Assembly: GCA_963850905.1 (NCBI GenBank)
Contig: CAWKMU010000004.1
Span: forward strand, 352,001 to 416,000
Direction: 5' to 3'
DNA length: 64,000 nucleotides
From: an uncultured Gemmatimonadales bacterium
GTDB lineage: Bacteria; Gemmatimonadota; Gemmatimonadetes; Gemmatimonadales; Gemmatimonadaceae
Numbering within the stretch: position 1 is the stretch's first letter; each line of letters begins with the position of its first letter. The translations under genes were made by a program, and so were the position numbers. The notes under the pieces were generated by a model. The model searched no databases. It had not been told where the DNA came from and saw only the letters and a program-made list of their open reading frames with translations. Positions 1 through 10,212 of this stretch are shown here, piece by piece.

Positions 1-1209
1 GCTGGTGCCCTTCTTGGTGGTAATGATCACGACGCCCGCGGATGCCTTCGAGCCGTAAATCGCCGACGCCGATGCACCTTTGAGGATCTCGATGTTCTCG
101 ATGTCAGCGGGATTGAGATCGGCGATTCGGTTCACCGAGTTGTCCTGCGGACTGGGGGCGCCCGACGCGGACTGACCGGTCGACGTGAGCCCGCCTCCCG
201 ACAGGTTGATCGCGTTCTCTCCGGCGTTGACCGTTTGGTTGTCCACGATCACGCCGTCGACCACGTAAAGCGGTTCCGCATTGCCGTTGATCGACGTGAC
301 ACCGCGAATCTGCACCTGCAGGCCGCCTCCAGGCGCACCGCCATTGTTGGACTCGATGAGCGCGCCGGGGACCTTGCTTTCGAGCGAGTTCTCGAGCGTA
401 GGCGCAGGGACCTGATTGACGTCCTGGGTAGTCACGACCGCGACGGCGTTGGCCGCGTTCTGCGACGCAACAGTAGTCGTGACACCGGTCACGACCTCGG
501 CCTCGAGCCTCAGCACGTCTTTGTGCAGGACGATAGTGTAGTCGTTCTGGTCCGGCACGAGAGCCACGGTCAGGGCGAGGTAGCCAATGCGGCGGGCGGT
601 GATCGACCTCGCATCCGGTGGGCGCCGCAGCACGAAGGTGCCGCTGTCGGTGGTGGTCGTCCCAATGGTTGTCCCGTTCACGACCACCGACGCCGCCGGG
701 ACTGGTGTACGTGAGTCCGCGTCGATCACCCGCCCGGTGATCCGCGCGTCCTGACGATGCTTGTCCGCCCGCTCGGACCGACTATGCGGCGCGATGGCGA
801 CGAGCACCGCATCGCCGCCGAGCGAGACATAGGCCGTAAGGCCGGTGCCGTCGACAGCCATCGCCAACGCGTCGGCGACACTCAGGTTGGCAGCGTGAAG
901 GGAGACGAGCGCCTTCGACGTCAGTACGTCGGGTCCGAACTGGATCGCGACGTTCGCTGCGTCCCCAATGGCGCGTAGTGCGTCCTTGAGCGGCACGAGG
1001 CGCACGTCAACGTCAATGCGCTGCTTCAGAACCATGGCCCTGCTTGCAGCCGCACGCACCCACGTGTCCTGCCCCGTCCCGGCCACGATATTTGCTGCCA
1101 GGTTCGTGGCCGCCGGTAGGGCCGCCGAGTCCTGGGCAGCTGCGCGGCCACCGGCTAATGAGACGATCGCGAGAGTGAGTGCGGATCGTGTCACGACGTG
1201 AAGAGTCAT
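1..1209 (-). CDS. susC: SusC/RagA-family TonB-dependent receptor with N-terminal STN-like extension (5' part; runs off the window)
   Basis: Manual translation from ATG 1209: signal peptide, STN-like segment (RIDVDVRLVPLKDALRAIG), carboxypeptidase-regulatory-like domain (ITGRVIDADSRTPVPAASVVV), plug motifs PLYVVDGV and NPADIENIEILKGASASAIYGSKASAGVVIITTKKG. Confidence 0.92.
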   Translation of the reverse strand, partial: MTLHVVTRSALTLAIVSLAGGRAAAQDSAALPAATNLAANIVAGTGQDTWVRAAASRAMVLKQRIDVDVRLVPLKDALRAIGDAANVAIQFGPDVLTSKALVSLHAANLSVADALAMAVDGTGLTAYVSLGGDAVLVAIAPHSRSERADKHRQDARITGRVIDADSRTPVPAASVVVNGTTIGTTTTDSGTFVLRRPPDARSITARRIGYLALTVALVPDQNDYTIVLHKDVLRLEAEVVTGVTTTVASQNAANAVAVVTTQDVNQVPAPTLENSLESKVPGALIESNNGGAPGGGLQVQIRGVTSINGNAEPLYVVDGVIVDNQTVNAGENAINLSGGGLTSTGQSASGAPSPQDNSVNRIADLNPADIENIEILKGASASAIYGSKASAGVVIITTKKGTS

Positions 1210-1252
1210 GTGACGCTCCGTCTGTTGGAGACACCCGCCGCCCCGGCGTGGC

Positions 1253-2308
1253 TCATGACCGGGGGCCGGCGTAGAAGGTCGCAGTGCGGCCGTGTTGCTC
1301 GTACCGCGTGTGCGTCAGGAGTGCGAGGGCATCGAGCACCTGGTGTGTGCTCTCCGACCCGAAAGTGACCGTCAGTGGTTGGTAGCCGAGCGCAGAGTCG
1401 GCAAGCTGGATGTCGAGGTCGTACCAGCGACTGAGTGATGCCACGACGTCGCGGAATGGAGCGGCCTCGAACGCGAGGCGTCCCTCCGCCCAGCCGATTG
1501 CCACAGCGACGTTTGCTTGGTGGCGAACGATCGCGGACTGCCCCGTGGAATCGATGATCGCGACATCACGCGGGCGCAGGTCGGTGTGCGCGACCGAGAC
1601 CTCGCCCTCGGCCACCACGACTCGCGTTGTCGGGGCCCCAAAGTAAGCGGTGACAGCGAACTGCGTGCCAATGTCGCGTACGACCGCATGTCCAGCGTGC
1701 ACGGCAAAGGGGCGGGCCGGGTCGTGCTTGACGACAAAGTAGGCCTCGCCATCGAGGAAGATGTTCCGCGTAGAGTCGCCGTAGTCATCGGGGATCTGAA
1801 CGGTCGTAGCAGCGCCCAACACGACTTGCGTTCCGTCGTCGAGCTGAAGGTTGGCCCGCTGGCCTCGACGCGTTGAGAAGTTTCGCATCGCCAGGATCGG
1901 GGCTATCCGCGCACGGCCCCGCTGCGTCACGAATCGTCCGGCGAGCGCCAAGCTAGCCAGTAGGAGTGCCGCGGCGACGACTTGGGGTATCCCCAGCCAA
2001 GCAATCCGAATTGGCGAGTGATTCTGCTCGCGCGAGATGAGCGAGAGAACTCTCCGGCGCTCCCGAACGCGCGGAAGAGTCCGCGCCCACATGGCCTGCA
2101 CATCGAACTCGGAGGCGAGGTCGTCCCCGTCCCAGAGCTCGGCCAGCAAGGCGAGCAGGCGTTGCCGGGTGGGATCGCTTGCGACCCACAGTTCGAACGC
2201 CTCTACGTCCACCGGCGCGAGCTCGCCGGCGAGGTAGCGCTCGATGCGCTGCAGATCTTCGGCCCACACTCGAGAGCCCCGCTTCGATGACCCGCCACCG
2301 GCGTCCAT
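1253..2308 (-). CDS. fecR: FecR-family anti-sigma factor
   Basis: TM segment then FecR motifs TRRGQRANLQLDDGTQVVL, LDGEAYFVVKHDPARPF, DIGTQFAV and C-terminal WAEGRLAF..LSRWYD; lies between ECF sigma and TBDT. Confidence 0.93.
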   Translation of the reverse strand: MDAGGGSSKRGSRVWAEDLQRIERYLAGELAPVDVEAFELWVASDPTRQRLLALLAELWDGDDLASEFDVQAMWARTLPRVRERRRVLSLISREQNHSPIRIAWLGIPQVVAAALLLASLALAGRFVTQRGRARIAPILAMRNFSTRRGQRANLQLDDGTQVVLGAATTVQIPDDYGDSTRNIFLDGEAYFVVKHDPARPFAVHAGHAVVRDIGTQFAVTAYFGAPTTRVVVAEGEVSVAHTDLRPRDVAIIDSTGQSAIVRHQANVAVAIGWAEGRLAFEAAPFRDVVASLSRWYDLDIQLADSALGYQPLTVTFGSESTHQVLDALALLTHTRYEQHGRTATFYAGPRS

Positions 2309-2353
2309 ACGGAGAGATGGACGACGTGAACAGCGAAAACCCCACCCTCGACT

Positions 2354-2965
2354 TTAGGGAAGGAACTCGCTGAGGGACTTGGCTAGTCGCTTGAGCGCAC
2401 GCTGGCGGTGTCGCTCGACGGCTTTCACGGAGATCTGGAGCTGGTCCGCGATGTCTGCATAGGAGAGGTGGGATTCCCATCGCAAGGCAAACACCAGGCG
2501 GCACCGCTCAGGCAACTGCCGCACCGCTCGGCGAAGAGCAACCGCTAGATCCTGCTGCTCGACGTCCTCAAACGGCGATCGTGGCGGCTGGCCCATGCCG
2601 ACCCCGGTCTCGCGGTCTGCTGCCTGACCAGCCGCATGCGCTCGAGCCGCCGCTCGTGCTGCCTTCCTTGCATCGAAGGCCCGATTCCGGACGGCGACTC
2701 GGAGATAGGTTGGTAGGCTCTCCGGTTCGGGTAGTGTGGCCCGGCGCTCCCACAGCCGGAGAAGAACGTCTTGCACGACCTCCTCTGCCAGCGCGACTGA
2801 CTCGAGGTAGTGGTACGCCAGCCGGCACAGTGAACCCGCGTACGTGCGAAACAATGTTTCGAATGCTCGCTCGTCGCCGTCCCGCACCCGAGCGAGCAGC
2901 GCGGCGTCCGGCAATGCATCGGAGGCGTACGACTGCCTCGGGCGGAGCTTGCTCGCAGATTCCAT
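2354..2965 (-). CDS. ECF RNA polymerase sigma-70 factor (FecI-like)
   Basis: GDERAFETLF, AEEVVQDVLLRLWERR (region 2), LPERCRLVFALRW..LSYADIADQLQIS (region 4); start uncertain (2965 or 3055). Confidence 0.92.
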   Translation of the reverse strand: MESASKLRPRQSYASDALPDAALLARVRDGDERAFETLFRTYAGSLCRLAYHYLESVALAEEVVQDVLLRLWERRATLPEPESLPTYLRVAVRNRAFDARKAARAAARAHAAGQAADRETGVGMGQPPRSPFEDVEQQDLAVALRRAVRQLPERCRLVFALRWESHLSYADIADQLQISVKAVERHRQRALKRLAKSLSEFLP

Positions 2966-3397
2966 TGCCGCGGGTGAGAGCCCTCGTGCCACTCGTAGAC
3001 ACACCCCACTACGCGGACGCGCCAGACGCGCTCGACCGCGAGGGCCAATGTCCACCTAGCCAATGGTTACGCAAGAGCGCCATCACACATCTCGATCCGC
3101 GCGCGGCCAGATTGTCGACCGCAGCGTGGGTGTGGCGCCGCGGCTGGCGCCGCAGACTCTCAGCGGGATGGTCGGCGGGTCATGAGTCAGTGCGAGGCGT
3201 CAATGTCGACGCGAGCGGGCGCCGCCCCCGAGCGCGATTCCTCCTCCAATCACTCACCCCTATTCCCTCGCTGCGTCTCGACGAAGCCGACCGATCCTCA
3301 TCTGTACGGTCGCTTACACCTCGTGGCTGGGCGCTCTGATCGAAGCGGGATGCTGTCTTACTACTATAAGATGGCGATAGGATAGCGATGACGCGAT

Positions 3398-3754
3398 CTA
3401 CCGGTGGCGCGACGCACCGCGGGCGTGCTGGGCGACGAGCGTTTTTGGCGCGACCCGCGCCCACGCGGCCTCGAGGGCGATGCGAACACTCTTGCGTGAT
3501 GCATCCGCGAGCCGCACGGTCGTAGCGCCGCGGCGTCCCCACGCGCCCTTCACCGGCACGAACGCATCCGGCTCGGCCTCGACGAAATCCGCTTGCTGAT
3601 CGGGTCTCAGCATGACCACGCCCGAGTCGGCGTTCGGATGACCGAGCGTGGCGAAGACCTTCCCGCGCACGCGGAAATCCGGGTGGTTCATGTGGGCTCG
3701 CTCAGCAGCCTCGGGGAGCGCGAGTGCGAGGCGGCGGAATTCCTGAGCGGTCAT
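3398..3754 (-). CDS. MmcQ/YjbR-family DNA-binding protein
   Basis: FRRLALALPEA..HMNHPDFRVRGKVFATL..KGAWGRRGATTVRL is typical of the family. Confidence 0.85.
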   Translation of the reverse strand: MTAQEFRRLALALPEAAERAHMNHPDFRVRGKVFATLGHPNADSGVVMLRPDQQADFVEAEPDAFVPVKGAWGRRGATTVRLADASRKSVRIALEAAWARVAPKTLVAQHARGASRHR

Positions 3755-3866
3755 GAGAAAGCGGAGGGTCGTTCCTCTCAACATGGGTGTACAGCTACCG
3801 GACCGCAATTCCAGGCTTGAAATCCTTATCTTAGAGAGATACGACCGTCCTCATTCGCTGCCCGTC

Positions 3867-5123
3867 ATGACCGATCGCCTGTACTACCACGACTCCTTCG
3901 TCTACGCCTTCGACGCCGAAGTACGCGCTGTCGTCGCCGGCCCGCGTCCGGCGCTGATTCTCGACCGCACCGCATTCTATCCCACGAGCGGCGGTCAACC
4001 GTTCGACGCCGGGTGGATTGCCGTTGGGGACATCGCGAATCCGACGTGCGAGGTATGCGTTGTGGAAGTGGCCGAGTCCGACGACGGCGCGATCGTGCAC
4101 TATATCGAAGTGCCGGAACAATGCGAGTTGGCGGGCTCAATTGCGCCGGGAACTCGGGTGCACGCCCGGATCGATGCCGAGCGCCGTCGCGATCACATGC
4201 AACAGCATTCTGCGCAGCATGTGCTGTCGGCCGCATTCGACCGGCTGTTTGGGATGCGCACGGTGTCATTTCACATGGGCGCCGATTATTGCTCGATCGA
4301 TCTCGATACGCCGGCGCTAACCCCAGCCCAGATCGAGTCGGCTGAGCGGCTGGCGAACGAAGTGATTCTGGAAGATCGGCTCGTGACCGTCCGATTCGTC
4401 ACACCCGCGGAAGCAGCGGGCCTGGAACTGCGCAAGGATCCGGTGGCCGACCGCGCCGAACTGCGGATCATCGATGTCCAGGATTTCGATCGCAGCGCGT
4501 GCGGCGGCACACACGTCAGTCGCACCGGTCAGATCGGTTGTGTACTCCTGCGCAAGACGGAAAAGGTGCGGCACGGCTGGCGCGTGGAGTTTGTCGCCGG
4601 GCAACGCGCGGTGGCGGCCGCCCGCAGTGATTTCGGTACGCTGACTGCCACGGCCGCTCTCTTCTCCGCGGCTCCGTCCGATGTGGCGGAGCAGGCGCGC
4701 CGGGCGCTTGATGAGGTCCGGTCGTTGCGCAAGCAACGCGAGCAATTGTATGCGGAGCTTGCGGGCGCGCAGGCGGCGGCGATACTGGCCGACACGCCTG
4801 AGACGGCCGGACGCAGAGTGGTCGTGCGAACCTTCCCCGACCGAGACGTGAACGCGCTCAAGCTGTTGGCGCAGGCGCTCGTCCGTCTCTCCCCGAACGT
4901 GGTCGCCATTCTGGCGGGGACCTCGCCCCAGGTGGCGCTGGTTTTCGCACAGTCCCCTGGTGCGCCCTTCGACATGAAAGCGCTGATGCAGGCGACCGTG
5001 CAGAAGCTGGGGGGTCGCGGCGGCGGCACCAAGGACATCGCCCAAGGTGGAGCGCCGAGCGTCGAGGGACTCGACGCCGCGCTCGCGGAAGTCGCAGGCA
5101 CGCTTACCCACGCGTCGGCGTAA
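3867..5123 (+). CDS. alaX: Alanyl-tRNA editing protein (AlaX-L type, with DHHA1 domain)
   Basis: TDRLYYHDS, FYPTSGGQPFD, HMQQHSAQH (HxxxH), CGGTHV (CxxxH), C-terminal GGRGGG..AQGG. Confidence 0.92.
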   Translation: MTDRLYYHDSFVYAFDAEVRAVVAGPRPALILDRTAFYPTSGGQPFDAGWIAVGDIANPTCEVCVVEVAESDDGAIVHYIEVPEQCELAGSIAPGTRVHARIDAERRRDHMQQHSAQHVLSAAFDRLFGMRTVSFHMGADYCSIDLDTPALTPAQIESAERLANEVILEDRLVTVRFVTPAEAAGLELRKDPVADRAELRIIDVQDFDRSACGGTHVSRTGQIGCVLLRKTEKVRHGWRVEFVAGQRAVAAARSDFGTLTATAALFSAAPSDVAEQARRALDEVRSLRKQREQLYAELAGAQAAAILADTPETAGRRVVVRTFPDRDVNALKLLAQALVRLSPNVVAILAGTSPQVALVFAQSPGAPFDMKALMQATVQKLGGRGGGTKDIAQGGAPSVEGLDAALAEVAGTLTHASA

Positions 5124-5316
5124 GTCTTCGCTTGCTGGTGCGCGAAGCTGCCGGCTCAGACTCCAGGGGTCGGGGGTCGATCTGACGTCAACACAGATGC
5201 GATATCAGATGCGTGAGCGCAGGCGTGGACCTACGCGGTGGCGCGAGTGCTGCCTGCGAAAATACTTGGTGATTCGTTGTGAGCGGGGCAACTAATGTGA
5301 AGCTCCCGGAGGTTCC

Positions 5317-5988
5317 ATGGTACGAAGTGGTCGTGGCCGCACACGAAGGCCCAAGCCGCAGATCGCCGAACTGATGCTCACTCTCCAAGACACGGAGCCC
5401 CCGGTATGGCGCCGGATCGCTGTGCCATACGACATCCCGCTCGCCGTACTGCATCGAGTGTTGATCGTAGCGATGGGGTGGAAGGGCTACCACCTTCACG
5501 CCTTCGAGGTCGACGACGTGACGTACGGTGTACCGGACGATGAATTGCCGGACAGCACGATTTCCGAAGAAGGGGCGACTCTGCGCACCATAGCATCGGG
5601 CGAAGGGGCGATATTCACGTACCAGTACGATTTCGGCGACAATTGGCAGCACCTCGTGAGCCTGGAGCGGCTCGTCCCGTTCACGCGCGAGGCGTTAGTG
5701 CCGCACTGCTTGGATGGCGCGCGCGCCTGTCCTCCGGAAGATGTGGGCGGCGCCGGCGGATACGCCGAGATGCTGCAGGCCTTGGCAGGCGAACAGCGTT
5801 TCTTACCGCCGGACAGCGACGAGGAGGAGTCCGAGGACATGGGCGATCTCACTACGCCCGCCTCGTACCGACGGTGGCTGGGATTCGACTTCGACGCGGA
5901 TGAATTCCATCCCCATTGCATCAACATGGAGTTCAGTCGGCTGCTCGCGTTCGACGAGCAGTTTCAACTCCTGCTAGGGGATTTCTGA
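5317..5988 (+). CDS. Plasmid pRiA4b ORF-3 family protein
   Basis: PPVWRRIAVP, LHRVL..AMGWKGYHLHAF, YQYDFGDNWQH, GARACPPEDVGG. Confidence 0.9.
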   Translation: MVRSGRGRTRRPKPQIAELMLTLQDTEPPVWRRIAVPYDIPLAVLHRVLIVAMGWKGYHLHAFEVDDVTYGVPDDELPDSTISEEGATLRTIASGEGAIFTYQYDFGDNWQHLVSLERLVPFTREALVPHCLDGARACPPEDVGGAGGYAEMLQALAGEQRFLPPDSDEEESEDMGDLTTPASYRRWLGFDFDADEFHPHCINMEFSRLLAFDEQFQLLLGDF

Positions 5989-6084
5989 ACTAAATCGGCG
6001 TCCGCCTACACCCGACGCCCGTCGGGCACGCGCCGATCGCTGAACAGCGGCGGGCGGCCGTCGGCCGGTGACTGCTCGCCCCTT

Positions 6085-6528
6085 CTACTTCTTTTTGCGA
6101 GGCGGGCACGGGGTCTTGGGCGTCGGGACTTGCCCGTTCCAGCACGGCACCACGGCAGGTGTGACACCACCGGGGGCGGGTTGGAGCGTTTCGTTGATCG
6201 TGACCGACTGCAGCGGCAGCGGAGAGCTACCGCTTCCGTCTTTCGGGGCGGTGATCGGAGCGTGCTGACTCTTGCCTGACGCTTCGTTGTTCGCGTCCAC
6301 CGGGGTCTCAACACCCTGCTGAAACCCGCGCGTTTCCGTCCAGGATGCGGCGAGGCCGCCGTGGTAGGCGGTGCAGAGCGCGGCCGTGGCCGCGGCCACC
6401 CCGTCTGCGCAGGGCACCGGCTTCGTAGTGTCCTGGGCGTGCGCGATGGAGTTCGGCGTGAGGGTCGCGGCTGAGCCGATCGATAGTAGCGCGACGAGGC
6501 CGAGGCTTGAACGGGTGGGCACGCGCAT
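6085..6528 (-). CDS. Small secreted hypothetical protein with an Hcp-like motif
   Basis: Signal peptide ending AHA-Q, four Cys, internal FQQGVETPVDANNEASGKSQHAPITAPK..SSPL. Confidence 0.6.
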   Translation of the reverse strand: MRVPTRSSLGLVALLSIGSAATLTPNSIAHAQDTTKPVPCADGVAAATAALCTAYHGGLAASWTETRGFQQGVETPVDANNEASGKSQHAPITAPKDGSGSSPLPLQSVTINETLQPAPGGVTPAVVPCWNGQVPTPKTPCPPRKKK

Positions 6529-6646
6529 AACGGTTCCAGATCGAGGACGAGGGTGTCGTCCAACGAAGCTGGAGCGTGCGCCATGCGTCGTCCAATTCTT
6601 TGCTTCGAATGACGCGATCGGGCGCGCCTATCGAGCGCCGGCGATC

Positions 6647-8095
6647 CTATCTGGCGCCTGCTCCTCCAAGGGATGTCACTGGCTCCGAGTCGATCCGAGT
6701 CAACACCCGACGATAATACGCCGTCGTGCTCGCGTTTCGGCTGGCGCGCATGGCGCTCACGAGCTCTCGACGCATCGCTAGGCGCCTCCGATTGCGCGCA
6801 TCCAGTGCCTGTCGTCGCGCGAGCGCCGCCGCCTCGATCAGCCGCGCACGACGCTCCTGGTAGGCTGCCGCAGCAGCGATTGAGGTAGCTGGCGCGGGAG
6901 TCACCGTGATGTCGCTCTGGCCGCCGAAGCCCTGAATCGACGCGTCCACCTCCTGCGTGCCTGGATTCAGTGCCTGCACTTCCCCCATGGCCTCGACGAC
7001 GACCACACGACTGGAATCAGAGGAAACGACTGGGCCGGCATCCCATTCGACGAACATGTTCGGATATGCGTTCCCCGAGGAATCGATGCCGATCGCTTCC
7101 ATCTGCACGCTGTCGCCGACGGCCAGCGTGTCCACGGGTGGCACAACCTGAATGCGGGCGAAGGGATTACAGATCGGCGTGCTCGCGACGTAGCAGATCG
7201 TGAGAGTCGATTGAGCCTTGACCGCACCGGCCGTAGCGGTGATGACCGCGCGGCCGTTCGCATCGGGAGCGATCAGGATTGAGCCGCCCACGATGGTATC
7301 CGGACCTGCTCCCAGAAACCCGCTCACCGGAGGGTTCGTGCTGGTGAACACGACTGGAAAATTGTTCAGCACGCGACCGGTCGCCGTTTGGACGGTCGCA
7401 GTGACCTGGACGAGTACGTCCAGCGGGTTCGGGATCGCGACGACGGAATCGGGACTGATCTGTAGCGAGATGCTCGCGGGCGCGGTCGTGTCGATCACCA
7501 CCGTCGTGTTGCTCCCGGTCTTGCCACCCACCGAAGCGGTGATCGTCACGGTGCCAGCGCTCCCGCCCAGCACCTTGCCGGCGCTCGACACCGACGCGAT
7601 GCCGGTGTCCGAAGACGCCCAGGTGACCGGCATATTGAGCACACTCCCATTCATGCCCTTCACCGTGTCCGACAACTGCACCCCCAACCCGATGGCGACG
7701 GTATCGGCTGACGGTTCGACAATGACGGCGCTAACGGGGACGGGATTTATAGTGAGGGCGGCGAAGCCCGAGACTCCCTGCGCGCTCGCCGCGAGTCGAA
7801 CTTGGCCCGTATCGCGGGCCGTGGCGCGTCCATTCTGATCGATGCTGGCGATAGCCGTGTCACTGCTCGACCAGAGGAACGTGACGCCGGTGACGACTGC
7901 GCCTGCCTCGTCGTGGGCTATGGCGGAGAACGTCTGAGTGCCGTGGAGAGTTACCGCGGCTGAGTCGGGCGTGATGACGATGGCGTGAACCGGGCCGACG
8001 CCGGGGCCAACGGCCTGCTGCGAGGAGCTGCACGCCAGGTCGATCACCAGCAGCGCCACAGCGGCGCTACAGATCCACTGCGACCGGAGTTTCAC
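6647..8095 (-). CDS. Lipoprotein with several Ig-like (Big_2) domains
   Basis: Lipobox-like DLAC; repeated WSSSDTAIASIDQNGRATARDTG / WASSDTGIASVSSAGKV motifs; basic C-terminal tail. Confidence 0.85.
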   Translation of the reverse strand: MKLRSQWICSAAVALLVIDLACSSSQQAVGPGVGPVHAIVITPDSAAVTLHGTQTFSAIAHDEAGAVVTGVTFLWSSSDTAIASIDQNGRATARDTGQVRLAASAQGVSGFAALTINPVPVSAVIVEPSADTVAIGLGVQLSDTVKGMNGSVLNMPVTWASSDTGIASVSSAGKVLGGSAGTVTITASVGGKTGSNTTVVIDTTAPASISLQISPDSVVAIPNPLDVLVQVTATVQTATGRVLNNFPVVFTSTNPPVSGFLGAGPDTIVGGSILIAPDANGRAVITATAGAVKAQSTLTICYVASTPICNPFARIQVVPPVDTLAVGDSVQMEAIGIDSSGNAYPNMFVEWDAGPVVSSDSSRVVVVEAMGEVQALNPGTQEVDASIQGFGGQSDITVTPAPATSIAAAAAYQERRARLIEAAALARRQALDARNRRRLAMRRELVSAMRASRNASTTAYYRRVLTRIDSEPVTSLGGAGAR

Positions 8096-8705
8096 GTTTT
8101 GCCGAAAGGTGGCCGAGCAGCCGCCGGCCGAGGCCGAAGCGCGCTGCTCACAACTGCGCCCGCGGCAACGCGTACACCAGTTCGTTCACTCGTGAGCAGT
8201 ACGCCGCCTATCAGTCGCTGCTCGACACTTTCCTGGCGGAGCGAATCCAGCAGGAGCGAAACGGTCATCGAAGGCCCCCGAGGCATGTCCTAGGTACGTG
8301 GTCCGCCACTCGGCGCCGGCGCGGCGTACTCGACAGCTACTCGGAGCGACGGGGTCGCCTTGTCATTGCAACAAAACCGACCGCCAGGTGGGGAACAATT
8401 GTGCTTTCGGCTGAGGGCGGCGCGGTGACAGCGGGGCAATCAGCCCCGGCAGCATGCGGGCAAAAGGGTCCGGTTTGGCAGCACTACCGCTCACCGCCGA
8501 GGCTCGCTGCGAGCTGTGAAAACCGGCGGCGGCCAGTCTTGCAGCGGGCTCGACCGTATCACATATTGTGCGGGCTCATGCAGGAGCCAATGTGGCCGCG
8601 AGCCTTTGGATGCCCGTCGTCCGCGGCGGATCGCGCACTCGATCCGTGCGCAAGAGGAAATTCCTCCTTGCGCCCGCTCCCTTCTCCGACCGGAACGCGC
8701 TCCGG

Positions 8706-9924
8706 TCACGAATCGCGGCTGGGTATCGGCGATGGCCGCTCCCCGACCTCGAGCTGAGCAAGCAGGTCGAGGAGTCCAACCGCCTCCCACGACTGGTTGC
8801 GCCGGGAGGACGACAGAGGCGTCAGCACACCGGCGTCCGCGAGTTGGTTCAAGGCCTGATAGACCGATGGCTTCGATCGCCCCGTTGACGCAATAGCAAC
8901 GGAAGCAGTAATGACAGGGTGCCCTGGGAGGATGTCAACCACGGCCCATGCTGCGGCGTCCGTCCGCAGATTGCCCGCAGATCCCACAATCTGGCTTCTC
9001 CAATGCGCAGCAAGATCCTGGACCGCTCGGACGTAGTCTGAAGCCAAGTGCGCCGCAGTCGCCGCTGCGCTTGCAAAGTGTTCGATCCACTCGCTAACTC
9101 GCGCCCTCTCTGAAATCTGTCAGGCCCTTGATGTACCGGCTCTTCGCACCCGCAAGCACGATACTTATCGGTGGCATGTACGCGGATGCGATCTCACGTC
9201 GGCGAAGCACCACATGAATCAGGGCTCGTCCGGTGCGGCCGTTGCCGTCTTCAAAGGGATGGATCGTTTCGAACTGCGCGTGGACGAGTGCTGCCTGCAC
9301 TAACGGTGGAAGCAGATTGTCGTTGATCGCATCGCATAAGTCGGTCAACAGCGGCCCAACGTATTCGGGGGGCGGTGGGACAAAATTTGCCCCGCAAGGA
9401 TTGTAGTTGTTGCCCCCAATCCAATTCTGGCGACTTCGAATTTGGCCTGCGATCTGTCTGTGCGGCGCGGCTTCCATCAGCCGCCGATGAATAGAAGTGA
9501 CTTGCCCTAACCCGAATGGGACAGCAGTCACTGCCTCCTGAACGGCCAACTCCATGGCGGCGATGTTCGCTAACACTTCGGCCGCAGTCGGACTTACCCG
9601 GCCCCCGGCTTCCAAACGACCCTCCGCGCGCGCAAGCTCGCGCACCCCGACCTGCAATCCCTCGATCCTGGAGGAAGCAATAGACTCGGTACGTAGCAGC
9701 AAATGCCCCAACGGAGCGAGCGCCGGTCGTGCCTTGTGGTTGAGTGCTAGGATGGCCGCTTCAGCCTCGGACACAACGCCAGCGACTTGCACAGGTAGGC
9801 TGACAGCTAGCGCGGCTAAAGGATCGGGAACGAACGCCTCATAGGAGCAAGCACGCTTGTACTTTGCGGGTCCGTGGATGGTGGGCTCGGACGCCCACCT
9901 CAGCTTGATTCGACGTCCGGGCAT
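8706..9924 (-). CDS. Fic-family protein with C-terminal winged-HTH-like domain (apparent +1 frameshift near 9103)
   Basis: Canonical Fic motif HPFEDGNGRTGR; ESIASSRIEG; continuation frame 8706..9047 encodes HPVITA..STGRSKPSVYQALNQLADAGVL. Confidence 0.88.
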
Positions 9925-9994
9925 TTTGGCCCTCCAAGCAAGTTCTGCGACCACGCCAGCCAGACGCAAAGGGAAGCCTTATTAAGGAACTGAC

Positions 9995-10212
9995 TTAGTT
10001 AGACTTAATGGCGTAATCTAACTAAAGGCCATGACAGAGTTAGACTTAGTCCACATTCCTAACTAAGATAGCTGTAGAGTCCGGATTAGCGACCTTTACA
10101 GAGACGGCACGCCTAAAGATCACCCACGAGGGAGTCGGCCCCCCTTTACCTGACGGAGGTTTTTTAGTTAATGATCCGCCCTATCTCTAACTAAGGGTCA
10201 TTCTTAGTTAGG
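9995..10212. promoter_or_regulatory. Array of 9-13-9 inverted-repeat operator-like sites upstream of fic
   Basis: TTAGTTAGA-N13-TCTAACTAA 9995-10025; AGAGTTAGA-N13-CCTAACTAA 10036-10066; TTAGTTAAT-N13-TCTAACTAA 10164-10194; half site TTAGTTAGG 10204-10212. Confidence 0.75.

Noticed and set aside
1211..1225. TGACGCTCCG partial match to the recombinase-associated motif
   Set aside because: Only 10 bp, and it coincides with the GGAG ribosome-binding site of susC on the minus strand
8092..8286. 64-aa ORF overlapping the start of the Ig-domain gene
   Set aside because: No recognisable motif; cannot be distinguished from a chance ORF
8424..8442. Degenerate inverted copy of the motif (GGTGACAGCGGGGCAATCA)
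   Set aside because: Needs several mismatches and an indel in GC-rich DNA; too weak to claim
9995..10066. GTTAGAC / ATCTAAC match the integron core consensus GTTRRRY / RYYYAAC
   Set aside because: Spacing is far too short for attC, there are no L boxes or flanking cassettes, and the 9-13-9 operator reading fits better
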